Source: Amoebophrya sp. A120
Lineage: Eukaryota > Protista > Dinoflagellata
Assembly: GCA_905178155.1 (NCBI GenBank)
Contig: CAJINV010000005.1
Location: 6,803,223 to 6,867,222 of the forward strand
Length of the DNA: 64,000 nucleotides
Direction of reading: 5' to 3'
The translations under genes were made by a program, and so were the position numbers. The notes below the pieces were generated by a model, which saw only the letters and a list, made by a program, of their open reading frames with translations, was not told where the DNA came from and did not search any database. Positions 26,581 to 40,700 of this stretch are shown here, in pieces (position 1 is the first letter of the stretch; each line of letters starts with the position of its first letter).

Positions 26581-27411
26581 ATGTGGTCGCTCGCGGTAAT
26601 AGGTTCAGTGCGTACCTTGCTCTGCTTTTGATAATTTGAAAATGAGGCACTTCATGATTTGTGATGCAATATCCAAAAGAAAAACACAGCACAGGGCGTC
26701 TGCCTCCTTACCATTTTGCTCCTTAAAGACCAAATTTTGCTCATTTTCTTATTCTTGAATTTTTCCCCTTAGTATACCTGGACTGAGAACTACTACCCGA
26801 TCGTCTTTCCTTTTTGGTCAGATGTTGCATCCTTGCACTTGCGCATCCTGCTTCAACGATCATAGTAATAAGATAATCACAAGATCTTCGAGCACATTGC
26901 AGAGAGTTGTTTCTCCGTCTTGTTGCAAAGTACAAGGTAAATAAACCGGCAAGTTCCTAAATCGTAAAACCGAAAACCTTGCGCTCTTTGCCATCGTTGG
27001 CCTGACTAAGCCCCGCCGCGGGACGAGTGTTGTTGCCTCTGAGAAAGAACCGACAATGACCGCGCCATCACTTCTACCATAAACGCAACAGGAGCGAGAA
27101 GTATACATTTATCAACTTGTAAGAATTTCATCGATTTCGTTTCTGTAGACGTAGGTGAAGTTTTTGTCTTCTAGTTGAAGTAAAGTCGATATACCACGCC
27201 AGCCCACGGCCAAGACCGACGACCTATACGGCTGAGACCTAGTTTGTTATCTTAGAGTAAGCGGTATTAACACAATCACAAACTTTCATTTCATTTGATC
27301 GAGGCGCGACCGAGTGCAGACGCAGAGATTTTCAGGTGGTCCAGAAGTAGCTCGTTGCATTTTTGTTCTAGCCACCGCGAAAAACAAAACAACTAAAAAA
27401 AGGTCTAGATC

Positions 27412-30266
27412 ATGAGGCTCGTCAGCCACGGACTTCGCTTTGCTGCGCATGCCTTTATTGCGTATGACCAAGCGGGACGCTACTTTTCCTCCCAGTCAGC
27501 ACTACAATTCTCATTCGGTTTCGCCGCTGCCGCCACTACTCCGGAGCAGCTTCATCCGGCAGTGGGATCATCGCTCGACCAGCCGATAGTACCACGAGGC
27601 AGATCGTCATCCTCGAGTCGTGCGCGAAAGAGAAGAGCGAGAGCTCCGGACGAGCAGGCCGTGACGGCCGCAGAAGATGAAGATATAATTCCACCTGGCA
27701 GCTGTGCTACTAGCAGCTCCGATGGAGAGGATGCCTCTGGACGCGGTCCTCTTCTGTTTCGGAAGATAAAAAAGGCGTGGCAAGCGGGCGGGCCCTGTAA
27801 GAAACGCCATCGCACGGGACGATCCCCTTCCACCTCAACACGAGTTGCGAAAAGAAGCAAATCATCTCGTCGCGGGCGCAGCAAGAAGGAGGGAGAGAAC
27901 AAACGAAAGGCGAGCGAAATGTACGATGGGAATCAAAGCGACCAGTTTATTACAACGGCGCCGCAGGGGGCTCATGGCTCTAGTACGAGTTCTGGTCGTT
28001 CTGGTTCTCTGATCCGCGGCCCGGAAGGACCTCAACAGGATGTTGTTACTGAAGATGTTGGTGCAGGTGTGCTTTCCAATGAAATAGGGCAAGAGCAGCA
28101 AGCTGTTCATCGTACAGAACCGCCTGCAGCTAGGGCGGAAATGCAAACCCAAACCGATCTCCTGGACCCTCTGACAGCTGATACGCCAGTGCAAACGGAA
28201 ACCGACGATCTTCCTCCTGTGCCGCTGACCGATAATACGGCAGTGCAAACTGACGATGTGCCACTTCAAGAGCCGCCGACTGTCGCCGACGCTGAAGTGC
28301 AAACCGATGTTGCGGAGCCTGGAGTTGATGTGCGCGGCCCAGAAGACGTGTTTGATCATCGTGTTGTGGACGCAGCAGGAGCTCCCGCGATGATAGCTGC
28401 AGCAGCTGCGCCCCCCGGCGCTGCTGTCGCTGGTGACCCGGCCGCAGCCGTGGTTAACGTACCACAACAAGCTGCCTTGGAGCGGCCGATTGGCGCGCAG
28501 GCTGTGCCAGCGCCAAAGCCAGTTGCTCGCCCCCTGCTGTCCGAGCCGGTTTTGCAGCACATTCAGGGTTACTTGGGATCGCCGACCCTGCGGGACCTCG
28601 CAGCCTGGGGCGCCGTCAGCAGCAGAGCCGGCCCGTTTGGCCGGCAGAGGACCTTCGCGTCGCCCCTGGTCTCGCGAGAGGAAATGGAATTTTTGCGAAA
28701 ATACGCTTTCGCAAACCACGTGTTAGAGGTGATTGACAACCCGGAGCGCGTGTTGTTCGGGGACAGGCTACTTTCACAGTTGCGAGCGGAGGGCAAGGTG
28801 CCGAGCGTAGCCGTGTTGGCGGACGACGCGCATTCGAAATACCACAGGGAGCGTAATGACCCTCGTGGTCCGCTTCAACTGGAGGAGGACAGTAGCGGAG
28901 ATCCTTGGGACAGCGATTGGACCGGCGACGAACTTGAGCTGGATGTTAGCAAAACGACTACAGGTCGGCGCCCCCGCCAGCGTAATTATATTCCGGCGCA
29001 ACACGACGTCGCGCTCGTCGATTCTGTGGAGCAGGCCCACGATGTGCCGCGCATGCGGGTGCAGAAGACAACTGAGAAGTACTATACTGGTTTTGGTGCA
29101 GCCGCCCTTGGCCTTGCCGCGCCTACGACTGCGACCTCTTTCCTTCGGCTCCAGTTGCAGCTGCAGTACCTCTTCGAGAAGTTAGACCGGAGCGAATGGA
29201 AAGTGCGGTCGTTTGTGGTCCCGCTCAACAGGTTGTATTGGGAGAAACGCTATGCATTGCAGATATGTCCGGGTCTGGAGACATGCAAACTTGTGATGCG
29301 CATTTCAGATCACGCGAAAATTTGTCATGCATACACTTCTGCAAAGGCCTCTCGCTCTCGTTTCTTGTCACCGAAAGAGGACATTTGTCATGCGGATTAG
29401 GCATTGCCAGGCCCAGGCCTTGTAAAAACCCGTGATGCAGCTAGGGCCGGCATGCCAGACCTTGAGGGTCAAGCAAAAACAGCACGACGAACATCTGTTC
29501 TCAATTATATCCAGACCCAGACATATTTGCATTTGATAAACGCCGTGAGAAGTATCCATTTCGACGAGCCGATGAGGCGTCACAGCGCTTCTCGACATAC
29601 CAGGAACACGGCAGCTCGGCTACGGAGCCCCAGCGGAAAAGAAATCGGCAATACGACCTGCAAAAGACCCACTACGCGTACCAGCTGGCGTCCGGAGTTG
29701 GTGCTTGGAAGCTACGCTACTGCAGCCTGGCGAGCTGCGCCTGTGGGGTGGGGTTAGACGAGCTGAAGCTCAGTTCCAGAGATCGCGTTTTTCGGATGGT
29801 TGAAAGAGCGACGAGGAGAGCTCAGTCAGAGGAAAACATCGACGAGGGTCGAGGGCAGCGATCCTTGAAGATTCTCCGCTCGAATTGCGGACGGAAAAAA
29901 TTCATAGAATTGACCGACGTCCACTACATTAAAAATAGACTCAATCTAGAGTCGGCCGAGAGCCTGAACCGCACCAATCGCGCAGTTTCGAAACCCCGGG
30001 GGCTGTTCCTCGAGGAAGGGGTTGCCTTTTCTTGGACGTACTTTCTTGAGGATCTAGAGGGCCGGGGAAACCCGAGGCCTTTGCGGCTGGTCCGTATGGT
30101 TTTTCAAGCCATGGCGCGCCCGGAAGACGACGAGGACCGACGACAACACGGACCCCTCCTCGAAGCTTCCAATGCAATTGCAGAGGGGAAGCTGCGGAAG
30201 GAAGGTGGCGGAGTTGATGGGCACCTTTTTCAAGTTGTCATAGGCCGAACCAACACGCCGCACTAG
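27412..30266 (+). CDS. Hypothetical protein (~853 aa, exons 27412-29250 and 29544-30266) with F-box-like segment and QT repeats; distant family A member
   Basis: Frame restored after introner removal (EKR|REKYP). Contains LSEPVLQHIQGYLGSPTLRDLAAWGAVSS. Confidence 0.78.
29251..29538. mobile_element. Introner F2
   Basis: F2 TIR, TSD aacgc. Confidence 0.93.
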
Positions 30267-31773
30267 ACAGTGCAACCGTGGTGGCGCTGCCGGGGACAGA
30301 TCTCCCTCGTTGCTGTCACTATACATAATCTCGCAGCGGGGGCGCGCTCATTTTTCAACATATGATTTTGATATTGATCTAAGTATTTATCTTTAGCATT
30401 GGCTTTGCCACCCAGTGGAGGTAAAAGATTCAGTTTGTAGAATTAGAGCTCGAACCAGAACTTATGGCACACTGGCACTCACATAAAAGGTGAAAAGTTC
30501 ACGTGGATCATGATTTATGTGATATCGAGAGGTTCTACTTTCGCATTTCATTTGGAGACCCCCAGTGTTTGGAGACCTCCAGCAGGGTATTGTAGGATTG
30601 TAGCGGTCAATGTCAATCTTCGTGTAGGTATAAAAAAGTGTAAAATAAGTAGCATCAGATTCAGACATTGAAGGACTAGTTTATGTTTAACTGCTTTCAT
30701 GCCAAAACCGATTTTGTTTCTGTTTCATATTCCTCTACTTCGGAGGCAATACAAACTAACACATTGCTAATGCCGAGTTTCTTTACGCATACGCACGGTT
30801 TGCGGGTGTGCCCTGCTCGGCGTTTCTGTTTCTCTAGCGCGAAACCGCATCATTTCGTCGCAGATTGATTTCATGTCGCAAAAGATCCATGTGAATGTGA
30901 AGACGGAGAAACAAGGTGGATAATCGTGTAACATACCCGCTCGGAAAAGGCGTATTGCGCGTTCCAAGGGAATATTGAGACTCAAAGACACTGACAATTT
31001 TCCTGTTCATTCATGAAGGATGAAGAAAAATTCGATCACCAGATCAGAAACACAGATACGTGGTCCATGATCAATGAATCTTCCTGAAGTAGATCAAGAC
31101 GCTTGGCCCGAATAATCTTCTGAGGTTGTGTATCTCTTTCCACCTATAAGCATACTTTTTGAACAGGATCCAGCTTCACCCAGAGGATCTTTTTGCAGAA
31201 ATAAAGATCTGGAAGTGGAAGAGAAATTTGAAGCCGATCTCAGGGAAGATCGAGATGAAGTAAATCGACGAAATTCGAACGGTCGTCGAAATGTTGAGTA
31301 CTAAAAGCCGTGCTGCCATAGGGAGTGGTTTCTCTAAGCAGTTTGTGGCTCGATCGTGTGCATTTCATCATTCCTCGTCTGTGAATACAAGTGAGTAGAA
31401 TAAAAAACACCGATCGGTTGCTTGTTCAATGTACTCAAGTTGACGCAGGAGCTTTTATTTCGGGTAAAAACTACAGGAAGCACTTGATTTCTGTCTCCAC
31501 ATCGAATCTTTCCACGCCGTCGTGGAAGACGAAAAATCATTTCAACTGCATCTAGTGTGGCTTATTTCAATCGTAACTGTTCTTTTCATATTCATTGTTT
31601 GAGCATTGATTCCCACGTGAACCAACTTGGTAAAGATTTGCGGCACTTGAACGTTTTATCTCTTGCTTTTTCAAAAAACATACTCGCCTTACTTGTTCTA
31701 GTAACTTTCAACTTCAACTATACAGAAAAGTTCGCCACTGTGGTTAACATCTTTGCAGCTGTGTACAAAAAGC

Positions 31774-34700
31774 ATGAAGCAACAACAGCAGCGAACCTCG
31801 CTCCGGGCCGCTGCTGGTCCTCGGTTTCGGCTGCCTCTACTGGTTAATATCCTACCGTTGCAACCGCTTTTATTTAACAGCTTGTTGCTTCTAGGATCGT
31901 CATGCGTTGTACAGTTTTTTCTACCCAGCGCCGTGGAGGTTTCCGCATCCCATGTTCGGCGTCGTTCTCGAGAGGCCGATTATAGTCTTTCTGAAACATC
32001 AGAAGAAGACTCTGAGCAAGAAGAAGACTACTCCTCTTCCGGCTCGGAAGACGACGGGGAGTACTATCGTCAGGTGGTCCGCGCAATTTCTTCCAGGGAC
32101 ATCGGTAGACAACCACTATCCCTCGTTCTCACGCGGAGGAATTTGCAGCCAGGGGTAGTTCTTCCGGGGGCACAGCAGCTCGCCCCAAGTCCACCGTCTT
32201 CTTCTTCTTCTAGCGGTTTGGTCAGCAGCGTGCCTGAGGACCACTACTACAGCGACGGGAGCGGTCCAGTCCGTAGCGTGCCCGAGGACCACTACAGCGA
32301 GGGCGGGGAGCAACGTAGTACTGATAGGAGCGAAAGCGAATTGTATACTGGTTCTACTTCGAGCGAAGAAGGTCGGAGTCGGAGTCGCAGTAAGTCGTTT
32401 TCATCCACTACTAGTCGGGATAGAAGCCATCGTCGGGGACGAGGTCGGAGTGGAAGTGGTAGTCGAGCCTCAAGTCGTAGAGCCCGTAGCGCTTCGTCTG
32501 GTCGTCGTTATACGAGCCGACAGCGTGGGGATGAAATAAGAAAATCGAAATCCGCACCTCGTACTACTAGTACCCCCGCCGCGCCAGCCATGATCGTCTC
32601 CGCTCCTGGGACGATGATTCTCCAGGGAACTACACAGGATCAGTATCAACAACCGCACACTGGACCAGGGCACCAGGTCTTGGGTTTCCCGGATAATTTG
32701 AATTTTTTCCCGGTGCAAGTTTCCAAGTTCCTCACCAAAAACGAGAATAAAGAGTTCTGCAACGGTTTGAACGGAGTCGACGGGGGTGCCTTTTTGCAGC
32801 GTAAGCTGTCGCACGAACAGGAAATTGAAGTGAACTATGGGCTGGTCCGGCATTTGGTACAAATCCAGCACGACCCGTTTGGCGCGTTGCTCGGAGCCCA
32901 TCGGGCGGAAGAGTTCCTTCGGAACGAGGAAAAAGCGATTGCCAATAATTACTACAATGCTCAGGCTGCGCACCTGTTTCGCTTTCTGCGCGACCGAGAT
33001 TTGGTGAGAGGACAGGGGAACCCTCGTCAAAGCGGGGGGCACAGAAATACTGCGAGGAAGAAGATCATGAAGAGGATTCGGGCAAGATACACGTCACTTT
33101 TGGAGAATGTCCGGAACCAGTGGGAGTGGCGTCTGCTGGAGTCCAGCAAGAACAACAACTCCCGTCGCTCTACCAGGGTGGAATTGTTGCAGCGCTTCCG
33201 GTCCCGGGAGCGAAATTTGCAACACCGGCATGCTCGGTGTTTGCACAAGGATAACCCGGGTGGGCGAACAAAATACTCGAGCTGGTGGTTTCAGTCCCAA
33301 AAATTTTCACATGCGCGAACTGTACAAGAACTGATCATGTCAGAAGTTGCGAATCCGGCGGATGAAGGGGATAGAATCAGGTTCAAAGAAGATAACATGC
33401 TGTGGCTACCGGCTTTTCTTTTGCCGCGGATCAGCCATGCGGCGTGGACCGACATGCTGTTACCAGGACCACGACAGGAAGATGCGGCGAGGTGGTCTCC
33501 TACTCTTGGTACTACTAGTACTACACCGCTAGGTGAAGACCACTTCTATCAGGGAACTACAAAAACGTCTGAGTACGACGCTTTTTGCGCCCAACTGTTT
33601 GACGCATTCTCGGCGCACAAGCAACACGACGAGGAACAAGAAAAGCTCCTGGCCGACGCCTTTGCGTCTTCGCTGACGTTATCACCAGCATCATATCCTG
33701 CGTGGTCATCTGCACATCAGGAAATAAGAACACCGCAAAGCTCTTCCACGTGGAGGTCCGGCTTTGTTGGTACTGGCGCAGCTGCCAGCTCGACTGCAGG
33801 AGCGGGCCCAAGGAACAATAATTCCACTGCTCCACAACATGCCGGAGTACAACATAACCTTAACCCGCAAGAACATCAAGAAGTGGAACAAGTTCTTCCG
33901 ACGGTGCTGCAATTTTGCAGGAGCAAGAACAAGTTCACAACCAGGACTACACCCCGGCAGCAGCAAGATGACAAACTCGCACTGGTCGAGAACAAGGCAA
34001 AAAAACACCTGGCAAAGCGTTTGAGACACTATAACTCGCCGATGGATCCCCAACTGCTTTGGGTACATCTGAAAGACGAATACAAATTCCAGCTTGCCGC
34101 GCTGTATGACTCCCAGCCGGTGGTGCTGCAGGATTTTTTCTTCACGGCCCTAACGTCGTTGAAGGTTGCTGCGGCCCCAGGCGGTCCTGATGATCGTCCT
34201 GATTTAAGTTCTTTTCATTTCCTCGAACAGATTCGAGAATTACTTTCGCTGGAGGACTATGGATTGTAAAAATGTCTGGGTCTGGAAGAATTCATGTTTG
34301 TCATGCTTGTCTGGCCCGACTCTTAAATCTGTCACGCACGTTACCCAAGAGCTTCGTTTTTCTGTGATGCAGAAGCGCAGTCTGTCATGCAGAATAGGCA
34401 ACACCTAGGAGCTCAGAAACTTGCCATGCTGAGCCAGCATTTGTAGCCTCATCATGAGACGCCACCCAGCATCACAAGTCCCTAGACCCAGACATTTTTA
34501 CATTTGATAAGGACGAGAATAGTTGGACAGTGCAGGCTCAGATTTTCGACGTGGACTATTCGAGTGAAGAACCTATTGCCGAGCAAACAATTGAGCTTCA
34601 AGATGTAGTTGTACGAGAGGACTTGTTCTCAATCCAGCAGGACCACGAGCAGAAGTTCATGCCAGGAAGAGCCAAGAAGAGCATGCCACTGAAAAAGCTA

Positions 34701-36009
34701 AATGAATCAAAATCTCGCGACGCTCTCTTACTCCTGTTGCAGAGCCATGTTGCTTCCTCGACGTTTTTTCCAAACGGTGATGAGTGGGCTGTGCGGCACG
34801 GGGAGAACTCAGACAAAATCTTCGTCGTGGGTGAGTTTGACAGTGAATTGACCATTGACCAGGAAGTTTCGCCGGCCCCACCACGGTATCAATTGTAAAA
34901 ATGTCTGGGTCTGGAGGCTTGCAACCTGTGATGCGCATTTCAGACCACAGGAAAATCTCTCATGCATGGAAAGCAAAAGTTGCCCATATCTTGTAACCAA
35001 AACAGCCGATCTGTCATGCGGATCAGGCATTGAGAAGCTGTCGTAAGATTTGTGATGCTAGACCCGTATTCTAGACCAACCTTCTGGGGCAACCAGAACC
35101 TGCATGACAAACTTCTGCACTCTACTTCCAGACCCAGACATATTTGCATTTGATACACGGGTTCTGAGAAGGGGGGAATCAAGAGGACGAACAATACGGC
35201 GGAACTTTCAGGTATGGCGTTCTCAAACGTTACATTCTCAACTGTTACATGATTTGTCATGCAAAATGATCATCAAGATCCACACTATCAAGCTGCTTCG
35301 CATGACAAATTTGCGAATGGCTAAACAGCGCCCAAATCTGTTCGGAATTTGTAATGCTACAGATGCAACCTCCCTCCTTTCACTTTTCCCATTCTTGCAT
35401 GACAAATCCATGTAACACTTGAGAATGTAACAGTTGAGAACGCCATATCAGGTTGGCTACGAGTTCCGGGTTGAGGAGTACGTACCGCTTCCAGGGTCGT
35501 TTTTCGATAAACCAGAACGGGAAGAGGATTTTTATCATGGTGAAACACGAAGAACGGTACCACTAAAGGGACCACCACCACCATCATCACTACCAGCATC
35601 ATCTTCCCGACAACATCAAGAACCGGCAATATTAAGCAATCGACTTCGTTTCGAGAACCGCTTGAAAAAGGAGGAGGCCGCGGCCCAAAGCATCGCCAAT
35701 CGGACCAAGTTCGCGGCAATGCACTTCACACTGACGCTGGTCGACTGGAAGGACCTTGCGAACGCGGGGTTCGACATTCGGTCCTGGACAAACGCAGATT
35801 TCGATTTTGACCGTCGTCGTCGTGGAGGTCATAGTTCCAACGCGAGGTGGGACGATGAAACAGGTGGCGTTCATCGTGGTAAAAAAATTTTCGACGGCTG
35901 GACCGTGATCGGAAGTGACGAATACGACTATGATCAGCGTAGAAGGAATTTACCGCACGGGCCGAGGTTGTATTTCCGTCTCGTCTTCAAACCGCCGGCC
36001 GGCAACTAG
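31774..36009 (+). CDS. Putative secreted hypothetical protein, family A (~1154 aa, 4 exons)
   Basis: ATG at 31774, long hydrophobic leader, S/R-rich region. FFPVQVSKFLTKNENKEFCN...LVRHLVQIQHDPFGALLG is homologous to the 19085 gene. Spliced frame is 3465 nt. Confidence 0.82.
34258..34509. mobile_element. Introner F2
   Basis: F2 TIR, TSD aggac. Confidence 0.93.
34887..35155. mobile_element. Introner F2
   Basis: F2 TIR, TSD cacgg. Confidence 0.93.
35213..35447. mobile_element. Introner F3, GT-AG compatible
   Basis: TIR tatggcgttctcaa/ttgagaacgccata, TSD tcagg. Confidence 0.94.
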
Positions 36010-37748
36010 TCGAGCCTCGTTCATAATATTAGCACCTGGGAAGATCGCAGGAGCAAATTTTTTGAAGGACGGTGATCTAGCGAAAGTGATTAGCAGATAG
36101 TATCGTGTTCAGAACTTGAATTTTTACAGAAGAAAAAGCAAGAACTCACTCCTTGTTGTATTATCTATCATGTTTTGCAGAAAGAACTCACTCGGCGCAC
36201 GAGCGCCAGCTTGTACAAGTAGCTCTTTCTGCTTCCTGCGGAGATCTTAGGAAGTCCTGCAGAGATGTAGTTTTTTTCAATTTACCATATTTTTAACTCT
36301 TCTTTTGAACAACTACTATCTTCATCTTGCCGCCGAGCGGCATTCGCTTTCACGATTATGCTATGGCCCTGACGGAAAGGACTATCAGAGGGAAGTGTGC
36401 TGCTGCAGAACATGCCCGGAGAGGGGCTTCATCGTGTGCACAGCGTGCAGTAGGCTCGTAGAACTCATTTATAATGAAATAGCACTAAAGCAGGTAATAT
36501 GCAAGAAGTACTTCATTTTTGGATCGAAAAGATTCCTCTAAAGCCAGCCCTTAGAGAGACTTGACTGAAAATTATTCAAGAAACAAGGACATTCGAACTA
36601 AAAAGATCTAGTCTGACATGCGAAATATCATGTACAATGAACGCCTTTTTTTTTGTATGATGAAAGAAAGTCTGCCGCGTTTTTTTCGTTTTCGGCAAGA
36701 CCGATGCACGTAGTACTACGTACCTCAAAGAAGCGCAGCTGACAATCTAGGTGAAGCAAGAGCTGCAGAAGCAAAAAAAAATGTCATAACAGACCGTGAT
36801 ATTCACGAAAGAGTTATTCTCGTCTATACCGTCATTCTCATTCATTAAATTTCAAGTAATCTTCACGGAGGTTCGCGTTTACCTCGTGAACAACGGATGA
36901 CGAAAGAGATTGTTGACGAACTGCAATTTTTGCATTCAGTCAAGAACCATTAAGCAATGGCTGTACAATGCTATCGTGGTGTGCAATACAAGAAATCGCT
37001 CGTAAGTCTTGAAGTTGTCAAGAATTATCGTGGGAAATGCCTGTCGTATACAAGAACGACGTCCGTGATTTATGCTGAGATTTTTAGGATCCTAGGCTGT
37101 CTTGTTTTCCATGTGGTCGTGGCGGTCGTGACTCTGACTACTGTACATCCATTCCAATGCGGAAGCTGCTCGTCCCGTCTGTCGGTCCCAAGTCAATTTC
37201 ATCGTAGGTCCTCTCGTAGGTGTGATCTGGTATTGTCTGCTCCACCGTCGTCAAAACTTTCCTTGTCGTGCTGGTCCAGTAGTACAATCTTTTCCATAAA
37301 TCGTGGCTCCGTAGTACGTATCTATAGATACCGGTTTTCAAGAACACTTTGGTGAAAGCGAAAAAAGTGGAAGCATGTCATCTTCTCTATCTTCGTGGAA
37401 TCTATTTCGTTTTCGTGAAGTAACATTGGTGCGGCCAGTCGTTTTACTTAATCCGCGGCACTACATCAACTACAACAACTCGTAGGCTTCAATTGTTGTA
37501 TCTGCCTTTGCTATAAATCTAAATGAGTCGTGCTGTAAGAACTGAAAACATCTTAAGCAGGTTTTTTTTTCGAATGGGGACGAACAGGGTAGTTGTGCGC
37601 AGTTTTTTTCTTTTGTAATCTAGGAAACACTTTTTCAAACCAGAAATCAAATCCGACGTGTCGCGTTGTACCGCCCAACTTCGTCAGCACAACACTGCCA
37701 TCATCTACTTTCGAATCTTCAGAGAGTCCCTGCTGACACAGAAACAAG

Positions 37749-40700
37749 ATGACGAAGTTTATCATGTGTAAAAATTCCGCTATCCTCTCGTGCGCAGCTC
37801 TCCTGGCCGCTGCTTTCCAGGTGGAGCAACAAGTAAGTCCTGTCGTAGGCCTCGGCACAGTGAAGCAGCAATCCCTTCTCCGCCGCCGCGGGAACAGCAG
37901 GAGAACGAAAAAGGAGGTAGAAAACAAGCATGTAGATGCTGCAAGAACTTTATCTTCCGAAGAGGGAGCGAGGGCGGATGGTACAGAAGGAACATCACTT
38001 TCATTCCCCCGGGCGAGCAACTTGTTGCAGAAGAAAGCGACTGTGTCGGCGCAGCACAACGCTGGGCTGCTGACCAAAGGGCCGCTCACATTGGTCCGAG
38101 ACGAGGAAGAGGACCTTGGTGTTTCTCATGCTGTCCAACACGCACAAGAGGTGGACGGTGCAGCAGATCGAAAGGTGGGCACGGGCACGGCGGAGAAATT
38201 GAATTGGGAGGACAAAGACACCGATCTGAAAGCGGTTGTTCGCAACACCACCGATGTTCATGACGGAGATCTCGTGTCCTCCTTTTCGTCTACAACGATG
38301 GAGACCTCCGCGAAACTACAGGAGAAGAAAAGCCAGATGTTGACCACGACGACGGCGAGAAAAAACCAACTCGGCTTCCACATGTACTCCCAGCGGTTTC
38401 AAAATCGCATGCGACTCTCCTTTTCCCTCAACCTGTTCGAAAACGGGATTGAGGGGGTGGCGGAGAGGATGGGGAACGTGGCGCGGATGTTCACTGACCC
38501 AGGGGAAGCGATCAACGAGATGAAAGAGTACGTCTTTCAACAACTGGAGAAAGTGGCGAAGCAGGTGTCTGAAATGGGGTTTTCCAACCTGATTTGGAAG
38601 TTGGTCGAGTTGGTCATTTATCCTGTGCAAAAGTATCGTACTCGTATTGCAATCGTGCATTACAATTTTTTTTCTCAACGTAAATCCGCATTACAAATTT
38701 CATTTCTCATGCTGAGCTAATTTGTAATGCATTTATACGAATACGATACTTTTGCAATGCATATCATTGGCGGCGATAAAGTCGACATGCTGAAGCCGTT
38801 TCTAGTGCAGTGTGCGGATAAATTTCGCACTCTGTTGAGTCAGATCATGGGCAGTACCACGTCGCAGGCGCTGGATGGGTTGATGGCAGGTGGAACTAGT
38901 ACATCTGGAACAAGTACTACGGAAGACGAGGAAATGGAAAATGAAGACGGCAGCAGTAGTACAAGCTCTAGCAGTTCCTCTTTTGCACAAAAAAGTAGAA
39001 AGACGACCACGAGCAGCAAAATGCGTTTTTTCAAGGCGAAATTGTTATCTTCCGGAAACAACGCCAACGACAAAATTATGCAGAACAAGGTCGCCCCTTC
39101 GGAGGTTTCCGGCGCGTTTTCGTCGCTTTTCAAGATGGAGCTGTTCACGGCGGATGGCTTCTTGAAAGCGTTCAAGGATCTGGTAAGTCACGTGAAGGAA
39201 ATGATCAAAAGCCAGTTCATGCCGGACGTTTTTACCGCGTCCCTCACAACCTATGAGAGTGCACAACTCCACCCCCTCCCGCTCATTCGCATTGCATGAA
39301 CGGCAATACAAACACCAGCACACGTGGAGCCTGCGCATGACAAATTCATGCGCCTAGTCGTGTAGCACTGTTTGGACTTCCTGAATCTGTCATGCAAACA
39401 AGGCCGCAGGGAAGCCCTTGGATTTGGGCTTTTGCATGACAAATGAGGGGGAGGGGGAGTTGTGCACTTTCATATCACCTTCCTGCATTCCATCGGCGAA
39501 ATGGTCACGGAGTTTATCACCGAGAACATGGGAAAGTATGCAATGCAAAAGCATCGTACTCGTAGTAATTGCAAACATGCATTACAGATCTTGTTCCCAA
39601 GCTAGATCCGCATTACAAATTTTATTTCTCATGCTGAGGAAATTTGTAATGCAATTTATACGAATACGATACTTTTGCAATGCATAGAAAGCCCTTTGAC
39701 ACCATTGTCGCTGCGGGGAAGAAGTTACAGTCGGACTTCAACAATTTCGTCGGGGGCTTACAAGACGGACTCGACCAGGTGGGGGAGCAGTTCGAGGACT
39801 TCGCGGACAACGTCGGCAATGCCGCAAAGGACGTCGGCAACCGCATGACAGACGCAGCGAACGATGTGAAGAGTGGCTTCAAAGACGCGGCCAGTGCCAT
39901 GAAAGACAGCATGCAGGAGGGCTGGGATTATGCATTGCAAATATGTCTGGGTCTGGGAGATTGCGAGATTTGTCATGCTAGTGTAAGTAGCATGACTCTG
40001 AACTTTGTATTGCGCGGCCGCGAAGAGCTCTTCTTGCCTGTCATGCAAGAACGCAGTTGGTCATTCGGAGTACGCAACTCAGAACCACGGAATAAAAACT
40101 TGTCATGCTCGGCAGCGCATTAGAGTGTGCTCACTATTTCCTTTCTTGCATCACAAGTTTATTCCAGACCCAGACATACTTGCAATGCATAGGGATCGCC
40201 TCTCCTGGTCCCGACGACGTGGCAGATCCAGTAGTTTTCTGCTACGAGGGATGAAAAGTTTTGCTCCTTTCGATACGGTTGTTCTGGACCACCACCCTGA
40301 AACCGTGATGTCTGGCGCTTCTTCTCCCCTCGAAGATGGCGACGACGACGACGACGACCAAGGAGTTTCGTTTTTCGAGCGAAAAGTGAAACATTTCGAG
40401 GCGAAATACTTGGCCGCGGTGAAGAACGGCACTACGTCAGTTCTCGCTGGTGCTGCCCCTGCGACGTTACAAACGGCGACCCCCGTTACCGTCCTCGCAC
40501 GATAACGAGACCAGGACGAAGCCAAAACGAAGCCAATCGGGCAGCTTTTACAAGGGCCCACCTCTGGCAACGCAAAACGCCGGCAAGTTTTCCCATAGTG
40601 GTCGGCCGAGACATTTACAGGGCCCCCAGCCTCTGGCGTTTCTGCTGCAAGTAAGCGGGGGCGCCATTTGCGTTGTTCGCTCTGTGGGCTCGGGCGCATC

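Larger units (their letters stand above)
24538..26825. mobile_element. Cassette flanked by perfect 53-bp direct repeats (24538-24590 and 26773-26825)
   Basis: tatacctggactgagaactactacccgatcgtctttcctttttggtcagatgt occurs twice and encloses a nuclease gene. Confidence 0.75.
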
